Assembly: GCA_024626585.2 (NCBI GenBank)
Contig: JANKJI020000004.1
Location: forward strand, 175,600,022-175,622,245
Origin: Ginkgo biloba
Lineage: Eukaryota; Plantae; Ginkgophyta
Length of the DNA stretch: 22,224 nucleotides
Direction: 5' to 3'
Below are positions 1 through 10,750 of this stretch, one piece after another. Numbering within the stretch: the first letter of the stretch is position 1; every line of letters starts with the position of its first letter. The notes below the pieces were generated by a model, which worked only from the letters and a program-made list of their open reading frames with translations, ran no database searches and was not told where the DNA came from. Made by a program: the position numbers and the translations under genes.

Positions 1-119
1 TGGAACCTTTGACCCATTCGTCACTTATTTGTAATGAGTCGTATTTTGAGATGACTTAGTATTTTTATCTTATTCTTCTTTTGAGAATGAAGAGGAATCA
101 TGTTTGGTCTTGGTTTTTT

Positions 120-400
120 TATTTTTCTTTTAATCTTTTCCCTTTTTATCTAATGAGTGGTCAGGAAAATGATCTTGGTAAATATCATGTTCTTGATTTG
201 ATTTAATAGTTGATGTATTAGAGTCAAAGAAATATCTTTGAATCATTCATAATGTAAATTAGGATGCCTTATTATGTCTAGTACATTTATGGTAATTTCA
301 CCACTTAGTGGGGTCATACGGAAGTTTCATCATAGGGGCTGAAAAGGATTTCTTAGGATCTTTTTTTTCCATATGGATTGTTTTTGTTTCCTTCTCGAGC
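120..400 (-). pseudogene. Degenerate Ty3/gypsy (non-chromoviral, Tat/Athila-like) Gag C-terminal remnant with CHHC knuckle
   Basis: Reverse complement of 241-360 reads DPKKSFSAPMMKLPYDPTKW*NYHKCTRHNKAS*FTL*MI. This fits C-x2-H-x4-H-x4-C with both Cys positions now stops. It is followed by NQEHDIYQDHFPDH, resembling the segment after this knuckle in plant gypsy Gag. Confidence 0.5.
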
Positions 401-1339
401 GATGCAGAACTATGGGCCTAAGATTTATTTATAGGAGAATTGGTATTATAGGAACTAGTAATGCTCTTATCAATTTGTTTAATAGCATATGTGATTGGAT
501 ATAAAAGTTGGTCTTAGAATGGTGGGGGTTTTAAATTTGAAACTTTGTTGATCTAAAACTGTTGTCAAAACGTTAAACGCTATTGTAAAAAATGCTAGAC
601 ATTGTTAAAGGTTAATGACAAAATGGCTTGCAAACTGTTAATGATAGAACTGGACAAGCTATACACTAAGAATTGCTAGACATTGAATTTTTTATTATGA
701 GAGCATTCCATTGGTAAACGCTAAACGTTAATGCAAATTCATGTGATAGTAAACTAGGCAATGGAGAAGTAGGTGACTCTGAAGGTAATGATGGAGGATT
801 GTAATGATTGGTTGAATGAGCATACCACTTGATCTTAGCATTGCCTGGTGTTTGAACATGATTTTATTAGATGTCGTTGGTCCTTATACGTTGCTAGAAA
901 AATTAACCTACTTTGGCAACGTTTTGTGTTTAGAGCATAAAACCACCGCGAAGGACATGGCAAGGAGTCGATAATAGTTTGAAAACACATAGGTGATGGT
1001 GGTGAGTACGTAGACATAGAAATACACATGCCATAAAGAGAATACGTAGCCAAAAAGGAATATACATGACCATATCACTTAGTGATTTAATCTTTGCACA
1101 AGAACATTACACAAAGAAAAACTGTTCAATGTTTATGTGAAGGAGAATATATCCAACGAAAGTCAATTGTGTAACTTAAAAAAAATGCCAAATGTTAAAC
1201 ATAAAACAACATTAATGACTACAAAGATTAATGAACANNNNNNNNNNNNNNNNNNNNNNNNNNNNNNNNNNNNNNNNNNNNNNNNNNNNNNNNNNNNNNN
1301 NNNNNNNNNNNNNNNNNNNNNNNNNNNNNNNNNNNNNAG

Positions 1340-1750
1340 GCACTTTAGAGGGTTGAGCAGTCTAAGAGAGTCATCGAATAAATTAGCACTCAGATGGAGG
1401 CTATGGAGGATTTGACTGTCTTAAAGCCTCAATACCAATAGGCTCATCAAACTTACATTTAAACCCAGGGGGAGAGTTATAAGACCATTGGCATACTCCA
1501 ACACTATAAAGGGAAGGTGGAATCTATTGAGCAATAGGTATAGACTCAGGTAAAAATTTATAAAGATAACCTTCAATAGATCCAAGAGGAGTTCATCAAT
1601 TCAAAACTAGATGGACCTTCTATTACCATCACGATTAAGATGCATCTACATTCATTCATACAGATCACCAAGGAGTGGTCTCAGTTCTAATGGAGTTATC
1701 TTTGGTCATTCTAGAGTTCGTCAAGCAACCATCCCCATAAAGATGGTTGA
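1340..1750 (+). pseudogene. Fossil Gln/Glu-rich (coiled-coil-like) extra ORF directly upstream of a PPT/LTR
   Basis: One frame of 137 codons ends in TGA at 1748-1750. Its 9 internal stops are all TAG/TAA, each one C>T change from a Gln codon. 13 Gln and 10 Glu codons remain. The 5' end is cut by a gap. Confidence 0.4.
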
Positions 1751-1774
1751 TCGGAGGATTTTATCATTTTGACC

Positions 1775-1812
1775 TTATCTCAGGATGAGATAAATCCTTA
1801 GGTGTGGGGAGG
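1775..1812 (+). promoter_or_regulatory. Hairpin plus polypurine tract at the 3' end of an LTR-retrotransposon internal region
   Basis: Perfect 8-bp inverted repeat TTATCTCA-GGA-TGAGATAA (1775-1793), then GGGGAGG (1806-1812) directly abutting TGTTG. Confidence 0.5.
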
Positions 1813-2397
1813 TGTTGGATGAGGAATTCAATGCATGTTGGAAGTGGCTTGGATTGATGTCGATATGAGATGGTTCACTAGTGTGTGTCAATGAGAGTGT
1901 GATGGACACCGATAGGAGTTGGTTCACGAACAAGCGACAAAGATGATTTGGACAATAATAACATAAACCTTCAATAGTATGAAATTAAGAGATGATAGTG
2001 ATATAGTGACATGAGTTAGTTCAAAGGAAAATGTGAACATCAACATAAGTTGGTTCATTTATGAATGTCAGAGTAGACCTCATTAGTGATTCACTGATAT
2101 CATCTCATCGACATCATATCACCAACATTGACATGGGATTCTGATGCAAGTATTCAACTTGATCTATACATTATAACTATTGTGATGGTTACTTAACCAT
2201 TTACACCTTGTGTATATATCTAACAAAGGATAGAAAGAGTAGTAGAGAATCTAATGATGTATTGTAATGTAATGAATGAATGTACTTAAGCCTTCTAATC
2301 TCTAAATCAATAATATAAGGATTCGATGGTTTTCTACATATCTGGGTATAGTGTCTAATGTATGTGAATGTGAGATGTGATAAGAATGCGATGTATA
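1813..2397 (+). mobile_element. Candidate 3' LTR, truncated by gap
   Basis: Begins TGTTG immediately after a purine tract, is non-coding, and has a TATA-like GTATATAT near 2212. No partner LTR is visible in the window. Confidence 0.45.
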
Positions 2398-2744
2398 NNN
2401 NNNNNNNNNNNNNNNNNNNNNNNNNNNNNNNNNNNNNNNNNNNNNNNNNNNNNNNNNNNNNNNNNNNNNNNNNNNNNNNNNNNNNNNNNNNNNNNNNATA
2501 TGGGGTTCATGATATTGAAGATGATGATAATTTTTTATTCGAGGATAAATAAGAAGAAGGATATTGTAAGGAATCAAAGACTGAAAGTGACAAAGATAAA
2601 GGTGATAATAAAGATAAGTTTCATAAAGAGTTGTTCATAGAATAAATTACTAAGGAGGAACTAGAATCTAAGGCTACATTGACATATTAAAAAAAAATGA
2701 TGATGATGGTGTAGTAAGTTCAATATAGAAAACAAGAAGGGCGA

Positions 2745-3110
2745 AGGTTTCTCCAACAGTATTGAAAGGACCCCTAAATCTAGAAACATTCAAGGTTCGT
2801 GGATAACTATAGAATCTAAGTTTCTAATGAGGGTGGATTCATACGATATGTATAATCTACTAAGTATACTATACGTTAAGATATTTAGGATTCATATCAA
2901 CAAAAATCAACAGTTCCTATTTTAGTCTAAGGGCATAAAGAGTTAATGTGTAAAGGTCTAGTTGAAGATGTCTAGGTACATATTGATAACTATATATTAA
3001 ATTACTCTTTCTTTTTCACTCTAATTAAAAATTTATATTTAGTATTAGGTATATAATGTTTGCAATATTTAGGAACCTATGTAAAGAATCATGTCAAAGA
3101 TGTCATGCCT
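2745..3110 (+). pseudogene. Degenerate Ty3/gypsy (chromovirus-like) aspartic protease
   Basis: Frameshifted translation KVSPTVLKGPLNLETFKVRG*L...MRVDSYDMYNLL...CKGLVEDV*VHIDNYIL...LYLVLGI*CLQYLG. It matches the order of the TxKxxG / IDSGSTHNF / DxVLGxQWLxxLG motifs of RVP_2-type proteases. Confidence 0.7.
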
Positions 3111-3114
3111 TTTC

Positions 3115-3930
3115 ATTCAACTTGGATAACATAATGATGCAAAAATCCATTTATGGACCTCTTATATAGGGTATCATCTATAATTATATAACTATAATAT
3201 TGGATAAAAATATTATATCATTAAGATTTATCAATATGTGGATCATATGTATAAACCATCAAATATCTTATGATATTTTAAAACCATTTGTCTTACTCAA
3301 AATAAGAAATAGGGCATCATATAATAAAGATGTTTCAACCATTAGAATAGGAGCTTGAGAGGGAGGAGGAGAGTCAAAAAGTATCTTTATAAGTTCATTC
3401 CCTTCTTAGATTTAGGATGGAAAAATTCAATTATAAACTCTTAGAGGAGAACTATACAATGGGCGAAATGTATTGACAAGGTTATCTTATCTAGGAGATA
3501 CTTTAAAGGAATTGATGGAAGCATAACTTTAGTATGGTTATGGACTATATAATTTATTAATCACTTGGTAGAATGGATAATTACTGGTCATTATCTATTG
3601 ATATTAGGATATCTCAACTCATAACTAACCAATGGATTATTCACATTATATATGGCATGCACAATGTAAGAGTCATCCTCTTACACAAGTACCCCACTAA
3701 TAGCGACGCCAAAAGATGAGATGTATAAAATTAAATATTTGGAAAAAAAAGTGGAATTATTATAATAATATATGAAAGGAAACTCCTTTAAGTCATCAAA
3801 GGATTTTAAATAATCATAATCCCATTAGAAATGGGAATTATCTTTAGATAGGTAATATAATAGGATGACAATCTTAGTAAAATTCTCAATAAATCTCTTC
3901 ATATACCTAATATTTTCTACAAAATATTTT
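3115..3930 (-). pseudogene. Degenerate Ty3/gypsy (non-chromoviral) pol: RT C-terminus, RNase H, integrase lead-in
   Basis: Minus strand reads KRFIENFTKIVILLYYLSKDNSHF*WDYDYLKSFDDLK (RT-RH connection). Next come LILYISSFGVAISGVLV*EDD...HAIYNV...ELRYP...PLKYLL...IVLL*EFIIEFFHPKSKKG (RNase H). Last is ALFLI..DKWF*NIIRYL...YIIIDDTLYKRSINGFL (pre-integrase). Confidence 0.8.
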
Positions 3931-4030
3931 NNNNNNNNNNNNNNNNNNNNNNNNNNNNNNNNNNNNNNNNNNNNNNNNNNNNNNNNNNNNNNNNNNNNNN
4001 NNNNNNNNNNNNNNNNNNNNNNNNNNNNNN

Positions 4031-7000
4031 TTTTGGTAATGGAATCCATTCATTCTATGATATTATTTGAATGTTCTCCTAAACCTTTTGAAAAACACCT
4101 TAAGGAATTATCCTTAGTGGTGTATATCCATACTCTAGCCCCATCTTTACCTATATTATATTTTGGTGTTCCATCAAAGGTAAGGATTGCATTGAAATCC
4201 TTGACTAATAAGTTCTCCTTCCTTATTATATTTTTATTTGTTGTTTTTCCTTTAATGAAATCTTTTGCCTATTTGACTAGGTTCTAATTTTGTAACACTT
4301 GTAGTTCTATCTCTATAGGTGAGATTTTTATATTATTGGGGATATTTTCTTTGATTGATTCTTATATTAAATTCTTGATATTTAAGACTATTGTATCCAC
4401 ATTTATTGGTTGATTATTAAAGACAACTAAATTCCTGTGTATCCAAGTTTTCCATCTTATGAAGGGTGGGATCAGCTTTAAAATGATCCTCCTTAGGCCA
4501 TCTTGAGGTAGAGTGTGAGGTAGATTTTTATACCATTCATATAGAATATCCTTCCAATATGAAGGTAAGAACCATCTACACATATTTATTTTCATCAAAA
4601 TTAGGACCTCCTTCCATATCTTGATTGCTAGTGGGTAATGTATGAATAGATGAGGAATACTATCCCCTTCATTTAAATAATGAACACATCTACTTGGGCC
4701 TTAGAAGCCTCTTTCATCCAAATTATCTTGATTAAGAATTTTTTCTTTGATAAGGATCNNNNNNNNNNNNNNNNNNNNNNNNNNNNNNNNNNNNNNNNTC
4801 CAAGTTTGGGTCCATATTTGATTGGGAAATGGTCCAAGGTTGGATGATCTAACTCTATGATTCCATATCCCAAATGGACTCAGTATTCACCATTTATCTT
4901 TTTGGGAAGAAATATGAGTTTATTTCATTTATCTGTTATGTATACTTTCCTGTTGTTCAAGATGTTTGTCAAAATTTTAGATTCCCTACCTACTAGGCCC
5001 TCTTCAGGCCNNNNNNNNNNNNNNNNNNNNNNNNNNNNNNNNNNNNNNNNNNNNNNTCCTTTACTTTAGACCATCTTGATTCTAATTGAAGTTCCCTAAT
5101 CATCATTAATTCTTTATGAAGCTGGAGGGATTCATAACCATTCCAAGACTCCTTCCAAAAGGGTCCAAATTCTGCATTATATATTTTCCAAGTTAAGTAT
5201 TTGTCAATTAAAGAGTTTGATCCTAGGATATTCTTCCATATTCTTGTTCCAGATGAATCATAATTTATTATTGGGACTCTCTCCTAAGGATATTCCCTAT
5301 AGTATTTTGAAAGGATCACTTGTTTTCGATAAGACTTGGGACCTATGATCAATCTCTAGTAGATTTTATCCCCAAGGACTTTCTTAAGGCTTGCTAATTT
5401 CCTGATTCCTAACCCTTGTTTTTATTTAGGAGAGAACACTTCTAACTAGTTAACTAGGTTAAATTTATTTTCAAGCTTTGGCCCTTTCTAGTGGGAGTTT
5501 CACGTTAACTTTTCTAAGAAATTAAGAATTACTTTTTAGGCTATCATTATAGAATAGGTGAAGATGGGAATGGAAGATAAAATTAATTTATAAGTTGAAC
5601 CCTTCCTACTAGGGTTCACCACTTTCATCCCCACCCTTTCATCCACTGACTAAATTTATTTAGCATCCATGTATGATCCCCTATCTTCAATTTGCTTAGG
5701 GATATTGGGATTCCTAGGTAATTTAGGGGGAAGGAACCTTTTTCAAATCTAAAGATTCTATAAATTTTATGGAATCTCTTTGAGATCATTTAACCATGAA
5801 GACTTAGGATTTGGATGGGTTGACTGATCCTCCTAAGTTTTTAGAAAGGAATTTGATTCTTTATCCATAACCCCAACTTCCTTTGGATTTATTCGATTTA
5901 GGATAGACACATCATCTACAAACTTTATGTGGGATGTATTTTTGATCCCTGGAGAGATAAGGATGTATTCAATTCTATAAATTATCTTAAAGGAATTGAG
6001 TNNNNNNNNNNNNNNNNNNNNNNNNNNNNNNNNNNNNNTATCTAATCCCTCTTGAGTGTATAAAGAAGGTAGTTGGAGAGATATTAACCAGAACTATGAA
6101 GGGGATATTTGAGACATAAATCTTTAATCCATTGCACCTATTATGGGCTAAAGAGAAACTTATTGAGGACTTAGAGTAGGCAATACTAGTTCACATTGCC
6201 ATAAACTTTCTCCATATCCAACTTGATGACCATTCTAGCTTCTTTCCTTACTTTTACCAAATGAACATCTTCTTGATAGAGAAGGATGTTATCTACTATT
6301 TGTATCCCTCCTATAAAACTCCCTTGTAATTTTGAGATAAGATAAGAGAGAATGAATTTTAGTATCCCTGGAATTATTTTTAATAAGAATTTATAGCACA
6401 TGCTACATAGTGAAATTATCCTAAATCTTCTTCGAATTTTTGGATTTTTTTTTTCTTTTGGGATTAAATCGAGAAACATAGAGTTCCAAGATCCAAGCAT
6501 CAATTTTAATTTTGTACTCTTCCACAATAGACTAGATATCATATTTTATAAACTCCCAATATTCTTAGTAGACTTTAATCGAGAAGATTAGGACTTGGGG
6601 TCTTACCTTTCTTCATCCAAAATACTATGATTTCCACTTCTTGCATGTAGATTGGGCTTAATATATTTTCATTTCATTCCTCGATGGTGAGTTTTGAGAT
6701 CTTTGCCAGTATGTGATTTTATTTTATTTCCCCTGAGATATCTGGCTATGTTAGAATGTGCCTAAAATATTGTAGAGTTAAATCCTATAAATTTCCCTAT
6801 CCTCTAACTTCCATATTGTTGTGGTCACTGGTTCCTCTTAGTTTTGAAATATTATTAAAATTACTCCTGGTCACTGTCATCTTATGAAAGTATGAGGTGT
6901 TCCTATCCCCATATTTTAACCATGACACTTTATATTTTTTCTTCCAACAAACCTCTTCCTTTTAGAGAACCACCTCCCAATTTAAACGAAGATTTGTCTC

Positions 7001-7571
7001 CTCCTTGATGAGTTTTGGAGTTGAGGTTTCTCAAATATTATCCTGAACCTTTATTAGATTAATCTCCAACTCTAATTTTTTTAAGAAAAGGTTCCCAAAG
7101 GTTATCCTATTCTAATATTTTAGGTTCTTCTTTATAAATATTAGGGCCTACATCACTTTGAATATTTTTAAGCCTTTTATTTACATTCCTTATCTTCATT
7201 AGGATTAAATGTTTTCCTTGTAAGAGGGATGGATAAACCTCATCTTTTCCCATTTGAAGGGGAACCTTTAGGTAAGTTCTTATTAGCCTATCATTAGTTG
7301 AACTACTCAGTGATTCAAGCAAGTTATCGATCAGTTTTTTGCTTTCACTAGGGTGTTGAGGGATAAAATATACTTACTAAAGATGAAATTATCTAGTCTC
7401 TCTGCAAACATATCTTTCCCTGTATCCCTATTATTATAGATAAAGGGCCCAAAATTTGGGGGTGCATCCAACATTCCATGCTTTTCCATAAAGCCCCTCA
7501 TCAACTGTCTTCCTCTAAAATCTACTTGGCCTCCACCCTTTTTTTCCCAATAAAAAAAGGTAGTGTTAAAA
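4031..7571 (-). mobile_element. Decayed plant L1-clade LINE, near-complete ORF2 (APE endonuclease, RT, zf-RVT, RNase H)
   Basis: Collinear motifs on the minus strand: FNT..EKKGG...GPFIYNNR..G...ERLDNF (endonuclease, ~7380-7571); EEVCWKKK..SWLKYGDRNTSYFH (~6885-6960); LIPK..FRIISLC..YK..QGSFIGGIQIVDNI..KLDMEKVYGNV (ORF 6186-6542); SRGIR (~6045); FVDD (5911-5922); FPLNYLGIP (~5710-5735); GPSRCVHY..GDSIPHLFIHYPLAIKIW (zf-RVT, ~4615-4700); WKTWIHRNLVVF; LTFDGTPKYNIG...GLGEHSNNIIE (RNase H, ~4050-4190). There are many stops and frameshifts, and both ends lie at 100-N gaps. Confidence 0.92.
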
Positions 7572-8349
7572 NNNNNNNNNNNNNNNNNNNNNNNNNNNNN
7601 NNNNNNNNNNNNNNNNNNNNNNNNNNNNNNNNNNNNNNNNNNNNNNNNNNNNNNNNNNNNNNNNNNNNNNNAATGGTGTAGGGAATTATCATATTAGAAA
7701 ATACTAATGACTATCCTCAAATATAAACCATTCATAAGAAATATTTAATGTGCATATGGATATAATAATAATATTCTTAAGTTTGTTAAATTTATGAATA
7801 TTGATAGTATGAGTCTAATTAATGCTCATTAGGTTTCTCTATTTGAATTCATTAGGTTCTAAAGGGAGTATTCCCTCCTTATCCAAAATATTTAGTGGGA
7901 GAATATCCTTATTGTCCACATGGAAAATTTATTTATTATATTGTGGATCATGGGAAGGGAAGAAGAAAGTGAGTGATTCTTCAAGTGATAGGTAATATCT
8001 TTGTCCATGTTTATGAGGAAGATAGTTATATGAGGCTTGTACTTGATACATAGAATCCAAGATAACCTCATCATTATCTAACACATATAAGATGGGTTCA
8101 TGGTTTATAATTAAAAATAGAATTATAGAGGAAGTGGGTTATTATACATATGTATTTATAAAAAATGAAACAACCATAAATTATAAACTAAGAGGTAACA
8201 TGGTGAGTCCAAGACCAAGGTAAAGGAATGAATCAACTAAAATTGGTTGAGTTTTCATTGGCATAGAGGTATTAGGGATAGGTTAATGTTCACTAATATC
8301 CACATAAGGAACCAAAATCATTTGGGGTGGATATATAGATGCGTAAAAA

Positions 8350-8722
8350 TTATTCTCATTATATTTAGATTGATAGAATCTTATTATAGATATATTAAAG
8401 GTGAATTAAATCAAGATATATGATATATACATGACTAACCCCATGGGAATAATATAATTTTTACTTAGAATCATGTTGAATTATAGATAATCTTGAGTGA
8501 CCTTTATATTAATAAAAATTATTTTACCATCAAATGTGATTGGTGATTCATGGATAGTATTGATATAAGGTATTAAGGCATTATAGCATGTATGTAAAAC
8601 ATGAAATGTAGGATTGGCATAATAAAACTCTAAATACTTGAATGTGGACTAATATATAGATATGGTTAATCCTTCATCAATAATACATCTCTAAACCTTG
8701 TAATGAATAATAAGAGCCATTA
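8350..8722 (-). pseudogene. Degenerate Ty3/gypsy (non-chromoviral) aspartic protease
   Basis: Minus strand reads RCIIDEG (8670-8690), then PITFDGKIIFINIKVTQDYL*FNMILSKNYIIPM...LI*FTFN. This is collinear with the IIDEGAS...PIxLGGK.V.I.VEV...L.YN.LLGR.W...M pattern of plant gypsy proteases. Confidence 0.7.
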
Positions 8723-8745
8723 TTTTGAATTGATTGGTAGGTATA

Positions 8746-9711
8746 NNNNNNNNNNNNNNNNNNNNNNNNNNNNNNNNNNNNNNNNNNNNNNNNNNNNNNN
8801 NNNNNNNNNNNNNNNNNNNNNNNNNNNNNNNNNNNNNNNNNNNNNNNNNNNNNNNNNNNNNNNNNNNNNNNNNNNNNNNNNNNNNNNNNNNNNNNNNNNN
8901 NNNNNNNNNNNNNNNNNNNNNNNNNNNNNNNNNNNNNNNNNNNNNNNNNNNNNNNNNNNNNNNNNNNNNNNNNNNNNNNNNNNNNNNNNNNNNNNNNNNN
9001 NNNNNNNNNNNNNNNNNNNNNNNNNNNNNNNNNNNNNNNNNNNNNNNNNNNNNNNNNNNNNNNNNNNNNNNNNNNNNNNNNNNNNNNNNNNNNNNNNNNN
9101 NNNNNNNNNNNNNNNNNNNNNNNNNNNNNNNNNNNNNNNNNNNNNNNNNNNNNNNNNNNNNNNNNNNNNNNNNNNNNNNNNNNNNNNNNNNNNNNNNNNN
9201 NNNNNNNNNNNNNNNNNNNNNNNNNNNNNNNNNNNNNNNNNNNNNNNNNNNNNNNNNNNNNNNNNNNNNNNNNNNNNNNNNNNNNNNNNNNNNNNNNNNN
9301 NNNNNNNNNNNNNNNNNNNNNNNNNNNNNNNNNNNNNNNNNNNNNNNNNNNNNNNNNNNNNNNNNNNNNNNNNNNNNNNNNNNNNNNNNNNNNNNNNNNN
9401 NNNNNNNNNNNNNNNNNNNNNNNNNNNNNNNNNNNNNNNNNNNNNNNNNNNNNNNNNNNNNNNNNNNNNNNNNNNNNNNNNNNNNNNNNNNNNNNNNNNN
9501 NNNNNNNNNNNNNNNNNNNNNNNNNNNNNNNNNNNNNNNNNNNNNNNNNNNNNNNNNNNNNNNNNNNNNNNNNNNNNNNNNNNNNNNNNNNNNNNNNNNN
9601 NNNNNNNNNNNNNNNNNNNNNNNNNNNNNNNNNNNNNNNNNNNNNNNNNNNNNNNNNNNNNNNNNNNNNNNNNNNNNNNNNNNNNNNNNNNNNNNNNNNN
9701 NNNNNNNNNNN
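8746..9711. other. Assembly gap (966 N), the largest of many gaps
   Basis: Continuous N run. About ten other gaps are ~100 N, typical of unknown-size scaffolding joins, and several shorter sized gaps also occur. Confidence 0.99.
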
Positions 9712-9952
9712 CCTTGAGTAATATATCAAGGGATGTCAGGTAGTGGGTGAAGTAAGGCATTATAAAGTCCTTATATGTACATAATGTAATATGCCATATA
9801 TTTATAAGTTTTAGTGTGTTTGCAATAAAGTGTGTGTAATATATATATGTGTCAGTAAGCAGTGATCCATATAATAAATTATGATAATTTATCTTATGTG
9901 TTTTATACTAATATGATTACATTATGGTATTAAGTAAATAATGATTTTAATA

Positions 9953-9963
9953 TGGTATTAGAG
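9953..9963 (+). promoter_or_regulatory. Primer-binding site, tRNA-iMet type (degenerate)
   Basis: TGGTATTAGAG matches the canonical TGGTATCAGAG at 10/11 positions, and the mismatch is C>T. It follows an AT-rich stretch resembling an LTR end (9712-9950). Confidence 0.5.
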
Positions 9964-10359
9964 ACATGGTCAAGGAATGTGAGGTAGCAGGGCAATGATT
10001 CCGTAGATAATGGTGAAGGAGAACCATGTTCCATCAGACTCTGAGGAAATGGATATGGATAGGATATAAATTCATAGAAAATATTCATACAAGGACAATA
10101 TATACAAAGGATGCCTGAACATGGATGTGCTCATGGAATAATTTCATAGAGAAAACTACATGGGTAAATTCTTGATTGATTGAACTTTTGTATATCAATT
10201 TTATGGCTGATGGTGGAAGTAACTATTATCCTAACATGAGGGTTTTGTAAATACAACTATTATTAAAGAATATATGGTTTCCAGTGATAGTTGAGGCTTG
10301 AGACATGAGACCATGATGTTAGTATAAAAATGTGTTAATCATATAATAAGTTATGAACT

Positions 10360-10369
10360 AGTGGGGGAA
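10360..10369 (+). promoter_or_regulatory. Candidate polypurine tract
   Basis: AGTGGGGGAA lies about 400 bp downstream of the PBS. It is followed by TAGTAAGG rather than a clean TG. Confidence 0.3.
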
Positions 10370-10750
10370 TAGTAAGGTTGTGATTGACTGGGAGCAATAT
10401 AATACTAAGAAGTAGATTATAGTGCTTATCCTCATCCTTCAATAGTTATTTTACCAAAGTAACACAATATCCATAACTTGTAGAAATTAAAGAAACAATT
10501 ATAAAAGGTTTAAAAACTAATCCATTTTTGGATCGTAACTTATTTTCTATCATTTTTAGAATAATCATCTTTTGGGAAAAATATAAGAAAAATACATACA
10601 TATTTAGCCCATAATCAATAAAGGAAAGTCATATCCCTTAGAGTAATCTTTAAAATAAGAATAAGAATGTGAAAAAAGGAGCTATAGTTCAAATGTTATG
10701 GCCAAATTACTAATTGTTTGTTATTATGGACTATGAATCTTGTACATAAT

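Noticed and set aside
1186-1200. Minus-strand AACA-TTTGGC as an LTR/PBS junction
   Set aside because: Only 4 nt resemble a PBS before a T run, which is too little to call.
3665-3685. Perfect 8-bp hairpin TGTAAGAG-TCATC-CTCTTACA
   Set aside because: It sits inside decayed RNase H coding sequence, and one arm includes a premature stop. It is probably chance.
3691-3718. PBS-like TGGCGTCGCT after CA on the minus strand
   Set aside because: It lies in frame inside the gypsy RNase H remnant (ISSFGVAISG), so it is coding sequence.
3865-4287. 140-aa hydrophobic plus-strand ORF (also 6400-6591 and 16581-16784)
   Set aside because: These are antisense shadows of the LINE or gypsy coding remnants on the minus strand.
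8677-9760. Four 327-350 aa ORFs in the ORF track
   Set aside because: They are almost entirely X from the 966-N gap. The same applies to most other X-containing ORFs in the track.
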